A DNA stretch of 62,251 nucleotides from a virus (IMGVR_UViG_3300047409_000596:1-62251); one strand, 5' to 3'; shown: positions 45,968 to 55,212, numbered from the stretch's first letter. The notes: a model not told the origin generated them from the letters alone. Translations and numbers: made by a program.

Positions 45968-46365
45968 GAGTGCTCCTTTACTGCGGCCCAGCCCGCGGGC
46001 GTGAGCCTGACATACGTTCGTTCGCGGGCGAACCAGGCGGACAACTTGATCGTGCGGTCGACGCGATTTCGAGTCCATCCCAGGTCTGCCGCCAACCACC
46101 GCCGCGCCGCTCGTCCCTCCCGCGAGGCGCGGTAGGAGGCAACAGCCAGGCGGTCTGCGGACGCTTCCGCCTTGGCACGGGACCGGGCAAACACCTCGGG
46201 GTGGTGGATCAGTTCGGCCTGGACGCGCTCCGTTTCGGCGGCGATTCTGGCCTCATGGCGGGCCAGCCAGGCGGCGGACAGGTCGTCGCGGGAGTAGCTG
46301 CGCGACGGCTCGCCGCGGTATTCCGGCCGGACAGGGCGGTAGGTGCGTTGGGTTGTGTCCGTCAT
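45964..46365 (-). CDS. Winged-helix-like protein
   Basis: AAGGAG RBS; WLAADLGWTRNRVDRTI...VRLTPAG. Confidence 0.55.
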   Translation of the reverse strand: MTDTTQRTYRPVRPEYRGEPSRSYSRDDLSAAWLARHEARIAAETERVQAELIHHPEVFARSRAKAEASADRLAVASYRASREGRAARRWLAADLGWTRNRVDRTIKLSAWFARERTYVRLTPAGWAAVKEHS

Positions 46366-46864
46366 CGCGACTCCTTCCGGGCGAATTCGCCCCGGGCGTA
46401 CACGTTCCGCGCTCGCGCCACGGCGGCGCGGACGCTGGCCAGGGGGTCTGTCACAACCGGCGCCTTGTGGCCCGTCCACTGCCGGTCGCACGCCTTGCAC
46501 TGCCACTGCTGGCCGGAATGGGCCAGGCAGCGGCGCCGGCAGTACGGGCAGGGACTGGACGTCGTCAGCACCTCGCGCCGGTGGTTGGCCTCATTGCGGT
46601 TGAACGGGCCACCGCGCGGCCCTCGGGGTACAGGGATCACCGTCTCACCTCCCTTCTCCGGCGCAGGGCGAGCCTGCGCAGCCGGGCCAGTTCGTCGTAC
46701 ACCCAGTCGACACGGACCTGCCGCACCGGCTTCGGCCGGTTCCGCGGGTAGGGGCTCCGGTCGCGGGGATTCGGTACACGTTGCATGGCATCCTCCCGTG
46801 CATCGGCGCGCAAAACGGACGTTGGCCCGAACGCCGGGCCGTTCCGCGTGTGCCTGGTGGTCAG

Positions 46865-46939
46865 TACCGGGGGTGGGGATCGAACCCACATCAGCCAGAC
46901 GGCGTCCCGCCTGCGCCTCTCCATTTGGGCTACCCCGGC
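46865..46939 (-). ncRNA. tRNA-like RNA with the anticodon loop closed to a tetraloop
   Basis: GCCGGGG/CCCCGGU acceptor, UAGCCC..UGG..GGC D-arm, CAGGCGG-GACG-CCGUCUG arm, GUGGG-UUCGAUC-CCCAC T-arm. Confidence 0.75.
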
Positions 46940-47537
46940 GTGCGGGGGCGGAAGTCACACCGCCCCCGCGAGCATTCTCCAGAGACCGTCTCGAGACCCT
47001 CCGTGCTGGCCAGGGGCGATGAAAAATAGATTACCTGCGCCTACGTGGCGTTACGGCGTGTCACGCTGCCGGATTTTCCGGCACATCCACGGGCGCCAGC
47101 CGCCCCTCGCGGTCGACCTTCAGCCGGCCCTGACCGACCAGCACCAGCACCGTCCCGGCCATGCCGCTGATCGGCGCCGTGCAGTCCTGCGCGACGCGGG
47201 CAATGATCTGGCCGAACGTCCGCGCACCAGCGGCGACGGCGGACAGCACGCGTTCTTGCAGGTCCAGCGAGTTCATGGCTCACCTCTCCAGTTGGAACAC
47301 TGCCCGCGGCGTCTCGACGCGCCGGCCGTTCCGCAGCCGCATCCGTACCGCGTGCCGGCGCTGCATCGGCTTCGTCGACACCGGCAGCGTGGTATCCCGC
47401 GACTTCGATGCCAGGGCGAGCACGGCCACGTCCAACTCCATCCGGTTCGTGCTGCCGTCTCGTTTCCAGGTGCGGATCACCACGGGAAAACTCCCGGTTG
47501 TGCGAGTCGGGCGAAGAAGAAATCCTAACTCGACGTT

Positions 47538-47792
47538 TCAAGTTGACTCGTCGTCCCGGCTATTTGCGTCTTCCTGCGTCTCCCTGCGTCGGACTTCTTG
47601 CTCTTGACGAGCCTCTTCGGCCCGTGCCAGGTAGAGTAAAACGTCGCTTTCCGTGAAGCGGGGTCCGACGCCCGCGTACCCCTTTGGTGCGGCGAGCAGG
47701 CCGCGCTTGACGAGCCGGCGTACCGTGTCGTCCGAACAGTCCAGCCACTCGGCGACGGACGCATACGTGAGTAGCTGTTCGCGCCGAGCCAC
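47538..47792 (-). CDS. HTH_17/excisionase-like DNA-binding protein
   Basis: LLTYASVAEWLDCSDDTVRRLVKRG. Confidence 0.75.
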   Translation of the reverse strand: MARREQLLTYASVAEWLDCSDDTVRRLVKRGLLAAPKGYAGVGPRFTESDVLLYLARAEEARQEQEVRRRETQEDANSRDDEST

Positions 47793-48630
47793 CTGCGGCC
47801 CTCCGTGTCCGGGTCAGGGGTTCGGTTCAGGCGTCGGGCGGTAGCCACTCCAGCCCGGTCAGCAGCTCGGCGAGCATAACCCCTACCGTCCCTAGCGTGT
47901 GCGGGTGCGCACGCACGTTGGACACGGCCGCGAAGATCGCTTCAGGCCGCACGCCCTCGGTCAGCGCGAACGCTAGCAGCGGTCGCAGACGGATCATTTG
48001 CGTGGCGACGATGCGGTCGACCAGCGGGCCGGCGCCCCTGACGCGGAAGCGGGGGATCATGGGGACTCCTTCGGAGACGGGGACTCGTTCGACCAGCCGG
48101 GCAGGCCAGCGGCGATACACTCGGCGACGGTCGCGCAATTCGGGTCCGCGCATTCCACCTCGACAACCTGGAGAGAGGGAGGGCCGCTGTCCCAGATCCC
48201 GTACCACGTCCGCGCCACTTCCGGAGAGCTGAACACACAGACCGTGTCCTGGCCGGCCGGGTCGAGCTTCGTCCAGAATCCCAGCCCCATGAAGGAGCCG
48301 AGGTAGACGCCCCACTCCTCGCTGTAGAGCACATAGCGTTTCACGATGGCTCCTTCGCGGGCGGGGACTCGTTGCAGGTGCGACGGACAGCGGCGCACAG
48401 CCGGTCCATGCTGGGAATGAACGAACGCATTCCCTCGCCGCGCGTCAGGTAGGCGTGATACTCCGCAGTCGCTCCTTCCGCCGCAGCCAGCAGCTCTAGG
48501 ACGTCGATGCACAGCGACGTGCAGCGGCAGAGCACCTCCTCGACCAGGTAGCAGCGGCCGTCGTTGGCGTTGATCGCGTGACCGAGGTCGATTAGCAGGG
48601 CCTCGACGTCGGCGCGGGTGAGGGGCTTGT

Positions 48631-48969
48631 TCACGGGGACTCCTTGTGTTCTCCGATGGCGCGGACGTGCCGGATCAGTACGACGTGTCCGGCGCGGGCA
48701 TCGGCCAGGCTGCTGTAACGCTGCTGTTCATCAGCGAGCGGGTAGCCGTTGGGGGCAAAGACCATGCTTTCCCAGAGGATCGCGGGCCCCTTGCCGCTCC
48801 AGTTGTGGTCGATGCCGAGGAACACGGTGGACACCGTGACGCCGGGAAAGACCTCGTCCTGTGCCACGATTCGCTGACGGCCGCACGCCTCGAACCAGTG
48901 GGCCCAGGCGAGCAGGTCGGGCTCCCGGTGGGGCAGGCCGTCCTCGTCGAGGATGTACTTGTCGAGCAT
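48631..48969 (-). CDS. Conserved phage hypothetical protein
   Basis: VSTVFLGIDH...LWESMVF...RY...A..GH. Confidence 0.7.
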   Translation of the reverse strand: MLDKYILDEDGLPHREPDLLAWAHWFEACGRQRIVAQDEVFPGVTVSTVFLGIDHNWSGKGPAILWESMVFAPNGYPLADEQQRYSSLADARAGHVVLIRHVRAIGEHKESP

Positions 48970-49070
48970 CGTCTCACCTTCCTTTCGGCCGTGCGCCCAG
49001 CCAGCCGATGAATCCGGCCAGCAGGGCGAGCGTGGTCACGAGGGTCAGCATGTCCGAAATCCTTTCGTGT

Positions 49071-49361
49071 TCAGAATGGCAACTCTTCATCATCCGGCCC
49101 CGGCACCTCGCCGAGGGCCGCGCGTTCGGCCTCAAGCTGGGCGTCTAGTTCGTCGGCGAACGCGGCTGTGAGGCCCGCCAGCAGTAGTCGGGATTCGTCG
49201 AGGGCCAACCAGGATGCGCAGGGGTCATCCTGCCGATAGGCCCAGCCCGAGTTGCGCAGCTCGGAGAGGAGACTCTCCAGCCACGCGATTCTGTGCTCCG
49301 CCCAGCCCGCGTCGAGGGCGAGGGCCTTGCGAATGGCGTCGAGGCGTTCGCGGTCGGTCAT
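49071..49361 (-). CDS. Hypothetical protein
   Basis: Coding-like; DEELPF C-terminal tail. Confidence 0.5.
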   Translation of the reverse strand: MTDRERLDAIRKALALDAGWAEHRIAWLESLLSELRNSGWAYRQDDPCASWLALDESRLLLAGLTAAFADELDAQLEAERAALGEVPGPDDEELPF

Positions 49362-49375
49362 ATGAGGAGTTTCCT

Positions 49376-49777
49376 TTAATTTGATGAGCCGTGGCCGTAG
49401 CCGTCGCCGGAGCCGTCGCCGTGGCCGTAGCCGTCGCCGTCGCCGGAGCCGTCGCCGGAGCCGTCGCCGTGGCCGTAGCCGTCGCCGTAGCCGTAGCCGG
49501 AGCCGTAGCCGTAGCCGTCGCCGTAGCCGTAGCCGTCGCCGTAGCCGTAGCCGGAGCCGTAGCCGTAGCCGTCGCCGTCGCCGTAGCCGTAGCCGGAGCC
49601 GTCGCCGTAGCCGGAGCCGTCGCCGTAGCCGGCCAAGAAATAGGGGGGTGGCGAGTAGATGCCCGCCCGGAATGCGGCGGCAGTAACAGGATGATCCGAT
49701 TCCTCCAGGAAGTCAGCGGCGATCTTCCAGGTGTCTCCCGAAGAAGCCGTCAGGCCGAATCGTGTGAAAATGTCCAC
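49376..49777 (-). CDS. Gly-rich repeat protein (G-Y/D/S/H-G)n
   Basis: AGGAG RBS, GTG at 49777; AADFLEE motif then ~80 aa of Gx repeats. Confidence 0.75.
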   Translation of the reverse strand: MDIFTRFGLTASSGDTWKIAADFLEESDHPVTAAAFRAGIYSPPPYFLAGYGDGSGYGDGSGYGYGDGDGYGYGSGYGYGDGYGYGDGYGYGSGYGYGDGYGHGDGSGDGSGDGDGYGHGDGSGDGYGHGSSN

Positions 49778-49781
49778 AAAA

Positions 49782-50066
49782 TTACTCCTTGCCCCAGCGT
49801 GACTGTTCCAGGTTCGCACGCGCCGCCGCGGTGCATGGGATCACCTCAATCGCCTCTGTCAAAAGAATGCGCGGTACGGGCTCTGAAATCCGCGTCCATT
49901 TCATGTCGGCCCCGTGCAGGGCCAGTTCGTGAATGCTGTTGGCGCCGCGCCATCGCCAGATTCGCCGGGCGTCTGTTAGCAGGATGGCCGTCCCGGCTGA
50001 CTCGGCGAGCACGCCGCAATGGATGCCGGCTGAGCGGGTGCGGCAAAGCACAAATTCATTTATCAC
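49782..50066 (-). CDS. DUF6948-like small protein
   Basis: VLCRT.SAGIH.G.L...L.DARRIWRW.GA.S..ELA..G...EAIEVIP. Confidence 0.75.
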   Translation of the reverse strand: MINEFVLCRTRSAGIHCGVLAESAGTAILLTDARRIWRWRGANSIHELALHGADMKWTRISEPVPRILLTEAIEVIPCTAAARANLEQSRWGKE

Positions 50067-50653
50067 TTGACATGCCTCCAGGTTTTGCGATTGATAACGT
50101 CACATATGCATGGGTGTGTTACGTTGAATCGCGTTGCGAGCTTCCGTTGTGTCCAACCTTCTTCCGCAAGTCGGCGAATTTCCCTGACCTCGATTTCTGT
50201 GAGGCGTGCAGATCCTTTGCGTTCTCCACGGGGAACAAGTTCGGGCCTTCGCCTTGACCAGTGATTGTCTCCCCGCGGAGGATTCATCGCTTCTGGGTGA
50301 GTCCTCCAACCGTGTCGCTCTCCGCTCGCACACTGCTTTTTGACGGCTCGATCCCGGCCGTTCTCGACTTGTGTCCCCAGGTAGAGATGAGCCGGATTGA
50401 CGCATCGCTTGTTGTCTCCGTCAGGGCAATTGTGAAGGACGTGCATCCCCTTCGGAATAGGTCCATGATGGATCATCCAGGAAACCCGCGAGGCACTCTT
50501 AGTCTTGCGGTCGATGGCAAAGGACCCATAACCGCCCGATTTGAGACTTCCAATCCACAGCCAACATTCGTGAGTTTCTCTTTTCTGAACCTTTTTCCAG
50601 AAGTTGCAGACGGTTCGCTCAGGATCTTTTCCCAGCACAAATTCTCCTACCAT
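50063..50653 (-). CDS. HNH homing endonuclease with C-terminal HTH
   Basis: CWLWIG...GYG, VLHNC..DNKRCVNPAHL..GT...N. Confidence 0.9.
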   Translation of the reverse strand: MVGEFVLGKDPERTVCNFWKKVQKRETHECWLWIGSLKSGGYGSFAIDRKTKSASRVSWMIHHGPIPKGMHVLHNCPDGDNKRCVNPAHLYLGTQVENGRDRAVKKQCASGERHGWRTHPEAMNPPRGDNHWSRRRPELVPRGERKGSARLTEIEVREIRRLAEEGWTQRKLATRFNVTHPCICDVINRKTWRHVK

Positions 50654-50994
50654 CGTTCGCTCTCTTTCGGGCGAGGGGCCGGCCCAGGGGGCGAGGCCCC
50701 GTGCCTCGAATCACTCCCCACACGCTCTACACTGGACTCCGTCCGAGTCGAGGTCGCCCGCGGCCGGACCGCCGTTGCCGAGGCAGACTGGACAGACCGG
50801 CGCGAGGCGATCCGGCGCGAGGCGGTAGTAGTAGCGCCGCGCGGCGATGATCGGCTCCGGCGGGCCAGCGTCCAGTCCCCAGGATTTCAGACGCTCGTGT
50901 CTCTGGACTCGCCGGAGCCAGCGAACCACGATCGATGGCGGCACCGTCCGGACGTCCTGCCAGGGTTGGGCGAGGTTGGTTGTGCGCTGCCACA

Positions 50995-51360
50995 TCACTT
51001 GGCCTCCGCGTGGATGTTCGGCAACTTGCCGGCCGCGGTCAGGGCCTGAAGCCCCTGAAGGTGTTTGCAACGGCCCCACCTTGAGCAGCCCTTGCAATCA
51101 CAGCTCGATCCGAAGTCGCTGTCGAGCACGACGTGATACGTCTTGCCGAGCGACTGCTGAGAGGTCGGGCTGGCGATTTGCTGGACGATCCAGCAAGGGG
51201 CCGTGCCGCCCGCGCACGTGCCGGGTGTGAGATCGTAGTAGTACGCCTCGCCGTCCTGCGTGATGCGGACGGTGTAGATCAGGACGTCGGCCGCACGCTT
51301 CAGCAACTGGATGCTGCGCGTCGGGCGGTTCGCGGTGCGGGGCTTGCGGGTCTTCTGCAT
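50995..51360 (-). CDS. SWIM Zn-finger protein
   Basis: YHV...CDCKG.....CKH. Confidence 0.75.
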   Translation of the reverse strand: MQKTRKPRTANRPTRSIQLLKRAADVLIYTVRITQDGEAYYYDLTPGTCAGGTAPCWIVQQIASPTSQQSLGKTYHVVLDSDFGSSCDCKGCSRWGRCKHLQGLQALTAAGKLPNIHAEAK

Positions 51361-51372
51361 GGTCGTGTCTCC

Positions 51373-51558
51373 TCAGCCAGCCGTCCGCACTTCCAGCACC
51401 CCGTCCCACTCCACCCCGAGCCGGCCACCCATCTCGTCCGCCGCATCCACCGCGGCCTTCTCACTGGCGAACCCCTCGGCCAGCACCTCGCACACCCGGT
51501 CGCCGTCCTCGTCCGTCCACTTCCCCACCACCACCCACTCTTGCGTCTGAGTTGCCAT
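51373..51558 (-). CDS. First gene of the leftward early operon, hypothetical
   Basis: ATG at 51558 with AAGGGA RBS, downstream of the promoter. Confidence 0.55.
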   Translation of the reverse strand: MATQTQEWVVVGKWTDEDGDRVCEVLAEGFASEKAAVDAADEMGGRLGVEWDGVLEVRTAG

Positions 51559-51584
51559 CGTTGTGTTCCCTTGTATATCGTCCC

Positions 51585-51633
51585 TTGACTTTACCTCTAT
51601 AAGTATGGTATCATAGTTATGGGATGATGTCAA
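51585..51633. promoter_or_regulatory. Overlapping bidirectional sigma70-type promoters (genetic switch)
   Basis: Minus strand TTGACA-17-TACCAT (51633-51605); plus strand TTGACT-18-TATCAT (51585-51614); both with an extended TG. Confidence 0.75.
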
Positions 51634-51690
51634 GCATCCTTTTTCGGCTTGCTCTAGAATTTCTGCTTATTCCTCTGGTAGCATGTACCT

Positions 51691-51948
51691 ATGACTACAA
51701 CCGTGGCCGCCGGAGGAAGGGACTCTGTGACCGGCAAGCAACGATCAACCTTGGCTCGCCGCCTCCGCGACCTGCGCGAGGCGAAGGATCTCACCCGACA
51801 GGCGCTTGCAACGACCGCCGGGCTGAGCATGTCTGTTGTCGCTGCGATCGAACAGGGTCGAATTCCAGACCCGAGAAGTAGCACGCTTCGCGCGCTCGCT
51901 ACTGCATTGGGAGTCGCCCTTGACGAACTGTTGCCTGCCCCCGAGTAG
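51691..51948 (+). CDS. Xre-family HTH repressor
   Basis: LRDLREAKDLTRQALA...IEQGR..DPR.STL..LA.ALGV.LDELL. Confidence 0.88.
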   Translation: MTTTVAAGGRDSVTGKQRSTLARRLRDLREAKDLTRQALATTAGLSMSVVAAIEQGRIPDPRSSTLRALATALGVALDELLPAPE

Positions 51949-52041
51949 GAGCCCGATTACGCCGCGGCCGCTGGCACGCCCGTCCTCGCACGGGAGGGCC
52001 GTGCCGGCGCCGCGGCAACCTTGTCCCCCGAGTGACCCGCC

Positions 52042-52260
52042 GTGACTGAAGCCGATCTCGCCGAAGCTGCCGACTGGACGCGGGGAGAACACCCCGACGC
52101 ACGCCGTCACATTCTCGCCCTGGTCGCCGAGGTTCGTCGGCTCCGTGCGGCCCTGGCAACCTTCGTACAGCCTACCTGGCGTGACGGTCGTTACGTCGCG
52201 ATCGCTATTCAGGACCAGTGGGCCGCCGCCGTGGCCGCCGCGGAAAAAGCCCTCTCCTGA
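52042..52260 (+). CDS. Ead/Ea22-like small protein (cassette 1)
   Basis: MTEADL...LVAEVRRLR. Confidence 0.65.
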   Translation: MTEADLAEAADWTRGEHPDARRHILALVAEVRRLRAALATFVQPTWRDGRYVAIAIQDQWAAAVAAAEKALS

Positions 52261-52292
52261 CGCCCGCCCTCGACAACAAGGAGTGATCCGCC

Positions 52293-52472
52293 GTGGACGA
52301 CTACTCTCGCTGGTGCGTTGAACACGGCTGTTCCCACGGACATTGTCCCCTCTCTTGCGAGCACCCGCAGCCGGCCCTGGCGGACGGCGTCCTCGTGTGC
52401 GGGCGCTGCTTGGTGATCGACAACATCGTGTCGCCGATGGTCCCCTGTACGCCCGCCACCTGCCAGGAGTGA
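52293..52472 (+). CDS. Small Cys/His-rich protein (cassette 2)
   Basis: AAGGAG RBS, GTG start; C..HGC..HCP..C.HP...CGRC. Confidence 0.55.
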   Translation: MDDYSRWCVEHGCSHGHCPLSCEHPQPALADGVLVCGRCLVIDNIVSPMVPCTPATCQE

Positions 52473-52478
52473 GCCACC

Positions 52479-52721
52479 ATGACCGAGGCCGAACTGGAAC
52501 GCATCGAACACGAGATCACATTCGGCACCGACCGGCTGTTCGCCGCCCACATCGTCGCCGGGCTGCTGCTCGAGGTCCGCCGGCTGCGCAAAATCTGCGC
52601 CGACACCCTGCCCGTCATGGAGACAGCCCTGCGCGCCGGACTCGACTTCGACGAGGCCACGACACAAATGATCATCACCAGCCACGCCACGATCAAGGCC
52701 CTTCGCTCCGCCCTTTCCTGA
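52479..52721 (+). CDS. Ead/Ea22-like small protein (cassette 3)
   Basis: MTEAEL...LLEVRRLR. Confidence 0.65.
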   Translation: MTEAELERIEHEITFGTDRLFAAHIVAGLLLEVRRLRKICADTLPVMETALRAGLDFDEATTQMIITSHATIKALRSALS

Positions 52722-52746
52722 CGCCCGCCACCATGGAGTTTCTGTC

Positions 52747-53013
52747 GTGACGGACACCGAACTTTCTGAGTACGAAGCACTAGCTGCCGCAGCGACGCCC
52801 GGCCCCTGGCGGGCTGAACGCGATCACCTCGGACACTGGCGGATCACTTGGCCCCACTCGCAAAACTCCAGCATCTTGCGGAAGCAGAAGGTTTTCAGCG
52901 ACGAGGACGTTGCCTTTATCGCCGCCGCTCGCGAAGCAGTTCCGGCTCTGGTTGCCGAAGTCCGGCGCTTGCGGGAGGCACTGGACGTCGCCTCCGAAAC
53001 CTGCGACCACTGA
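52747..53013 (+). CDS. Ead/Ea22-like protein (cassette 4)
   Basis: AATPGPW...D.AFIAAARE.VP.LVAEVRRLR. Confidence 0.75.
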   Translation: MTDTELSEYEALAAAATPGPWRAERDHLGHWRITWPHSQNSSILRKQKVFSDEDVAFIAAAREAVPALVAEVRRLREALDVASETCDH

Positions 53014-53070
53014 CGCCCGCCACTCTACCCCGGGCCCGGCCAGAGTCGGTATCAGACCCGGTCACACGTC

Positions 53071-53460
53071 TCAGTCAGCGCCTCCCGGCGCGGGCCGGTC
53101 CGCCGGCCAGTAGCGACGGTCCCCGTCGACGATTACCAGTCTTTTCTCTTTTAATTCGGACATGACATCTCGGAAATGAGAGTTGTACTTGAGTCCCGCG
53201 CGGGTGGCCACGGTACAGCCCTTCATGGGTCGTTCAGCCTTTGCGAGGACGGCCAGCACCGCCTTTTCCCGGTCACTCAGTGGGGGCTTGACCGGCTCAC
53301 CTTTCGCGTCTGGCCCAGCCGCGGGCATCATGCCGTCCAGGCTGTACGTGTCGATCTTCCCGTCCGGCCAAAGCAGTTGCAGGAATGCCGGACGCCGGCC
53401 CTGGCTTTTGGCCAGCGCGATGCGGAACGCTTCCAGGGCGGCAGCGGCCTGCGGGTCCAT
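53071..53460 (-). CDS. Winged-helix DNA-binding protein
   Basis: LSDREKAVLAVL...VATRAG...RDVMSELKEKRLV. Confidence 0.6.
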   Translation of the reverse strand: MDPQAAAALEAFRIALAKSQGRRPAFLQLLWPDGKIDTYSLDGMMPAAGPDAKGEPVKPPLSDREKAVLAVLAKAERPMKGCTVATRAGLKYNSHFRDVMSELKEKRLVIVDGDRRYWPADRPAPGGAD

Positions 53461-53645
53461 CTTCGGACCTCACACGGATTACCGGACTCTTGAGGCTAAG
53501 TGTACCGAAATTCAGTATACGGAATCAGTCAACTGACGGGGCAGAAGTTACTATACCCCAGAGACGTTCACGAGATTTACACTAATCAATTTTCACGACT
53601 TTCTCGCCCCGGCAATAATTCGCGTTGCGAGAGGAAAACAGAACC

Positions 53646-53939
53646 GTGGCACCCAAACGCACGACTTCATCCGACTTCGACCGACTTCACCCGACTTCGC
53701 CCCACGTCGTCGTGCCCACGGCGGTCTACACCGCGGAGCAGGTGCAGCGGCTGCTCGGTCTGAAGCCGTCGAGCCTGCGCACGGCGAAGCGTGAGAGTGG
53801 CCTGGTCTGTATTCGTCGCGTGAACCGCGACTGGTATCTCGGCGAGGACTTGCTGGCCTGGCTGCGTGCGGGTCGCTCTTCGCGCGGCGGCAACGGCAGG
53901 GTAGAAGGGGCGCCGTCGCCCGAAGTCAAGGAGGACTGA
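53646..53939 (+). CDS. Excisionase-like HTH protein
   Basis: YTAEQVQRLLGLKPSSLR...YLGEDLLAWL; directly upstream of the integrase; start uncertain. Confidence 0.7.
   Translation: MAPKRTTSSDFDRLHPTSPHVVVPTAVYTAEQVQRLLGLKPSSLRTAKRESGLVCIRRVNRDWYLGEDLLAWLRAGRSSRGGNGRVEGAPSPEVKED
53661..53700 (+). repeat. Four tandem 10-bp repeats with core CGACTTC
   Basis: acgacttcat ccgacttcga ccgacttcac ccgacttcgc. Confidence 0.85.
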
Positions 53940-53940
53940 C

Positions 53941-55026
53941 ATGGGACAGGAGCGCATCGAGGTCAAGGTGATCCCGTTCGCGGATCGGCCGGCGTTACAA
54001 CTGCAATGGTACTGTCCACAAACCGGGTTGCGGAAAACCCGCTCGGCGAAGACGGCGGACCCGGACGAGGCGGAGCGAGCACGGGCGGACCTGGAGTACG
54101 AGTTATCGCACGGCCTTCACGCCTCCAGCGTCCGCACGGGCTGGGCACGATTCCGCGAGCTGTTCGAGGACGAGTACCTGCCGGGCGTCCGGCCGCGCAC
54201 GGCGAAGCAGTTCGGTGTTGTGCTCGACCACTTCGAGCGGATCTGCCGGCCGGTAACGATGGAGGGAGTTTCGGCGCGGACGCTTTCCCAGTTCCTGGCT
54301 GGCCTGCGACAGGTTCCCGGCCGCGGGCCCGCCGGTCGGAACGGAATGCAGCCCTCGACGCTGGCCGTTCGCCTGGAGTACCTCCGCTCGGCGCTGTCGT
54401 GGGCGCAGCGGCAGGGAATGCTGACCGCGGTCCCGTCCTTCCCGGAAGTGAAACTGCCGAAGCGGCGACCGCAACCCGTGGCCACCGATCTCTTCGAGAG
54501 GCTCTTTCTCGCAGCCCAGACGCCCGAGTTGCGGGCCTACCTGGCGTGCGGCTGGCTCGACGGCCTGCGCCTCGGCGAGGCCCAGCAGCTGCGCTGGGAG
54601 TCGTCCGACGAGGCCCCGTGGCTCGACCTAGCCCGGGACCGGATCTGGCTGCCCGCCGCGGCGGTCAAGGGTGTCGAGGACCAGTGGCTGCCCCTGGCGC
54701 CCGAACTGCGACAGCTATTGGCCGGCCTACCGAGGAAAGGCCCCCATGTCTTTCCCTGGCACGACTACAGTCAGGGCGGCATGTCGAACGTGATCCGCCG
54801 GCTGGCCGCCCGTGCCGACGTGCCGCTGACGATGCGGAGCCTGCGCCGCGGCTTCGGCTGCCGCTACGCCGGGATCGTGCCGGCTCAGACGCTGCAACGT
54901 CTCATGCGTCACGCCGACATCCGCACGACTCTCGGCTACTACGTTTCGCTCGACCAGGCTGCCGAGGACGCTGTTCTCCGCAACACTTCTGCAACACCCG
55001 GTCTGCCGAAGCCTAGCAATCCCTGA
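53941..55026 (+). CDS. int: Tyrosine recombinase (integrase)
   Basis: GLRLGE (Arg I), K, SLRR, LMRHADIRTT..YY. Confidence 0.92.
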   Translation: MGQERIEVKVIPFADRPALQLQWYCPQTGLRKTRSAKTADPDEAERARADLEYELSHGLHASSVRTGWARFRELFEDEYLPGVRPRTAKQFGVVLDHFERICRPVTMEGVSARTLSQFLAGLRQVPGRGPAGRNGMQPSTLAVRLEYLRSALSWAQRQGMLTAVPSFPEVKLPKRRPQPVATDLFERLFLAAQTPELRAYLACGWLDGLRLGEAQQLRWESSDEAPWLDLARDRIWLPAAAVKGVEDQWLPLAPELRQLLAGLPRKGPHVFPWHDYSQGGMSNVIRRLAARADVPLTMRSLRRGFGCRYAGIVPAQTLQRLMRHADIRTTLGYYVSLDQAAEDAVLRNTSATPGLPKPSNP

Positions 55027-55212
55027 AAAAATCAGTCATTCTGACACATTGAAATAGTTGAGCGTGTAGTACGCTTCGTCAACGCGGGTGCAATCTAACT
55101 CAAGCTGGGGTGGAAAAACGGGCTGGGCAGGCGCCGAACGCCGGCCCAGTTCCCCCGACCGTTCCAGTCGGTCCGGTGAACGGATGTCTGTTGCAACAGA
55201 CGCAACAACACC
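54980..55212. other. Candidate attP
   Basis: GCAACA arm-like pairs at 54980/54991 and 55193/55202 flank an AT-rich intergenic segment. Confidence 0.5.

Noticed and set aside
45488-46939. Either tRNA-like element as tRNA-Sec or a UGA suppressor
   Set aside because: Neither has a UCA anticodon loop or the long acceptor and variable arms of tRNA-Sec.
49391-50257. Ala-Val repeat and Arg-Ser repeat ORFs on the plus strand
   Set aside because: Alternative-frame readings of the minus-strand Gly-rich repeat gene.
50063-50653. HNH gene as part of a self-splicing intron
   Set aside because: It sits between intact genes with ATGA coupling downstream; no interrupted gene or intron core was seen.
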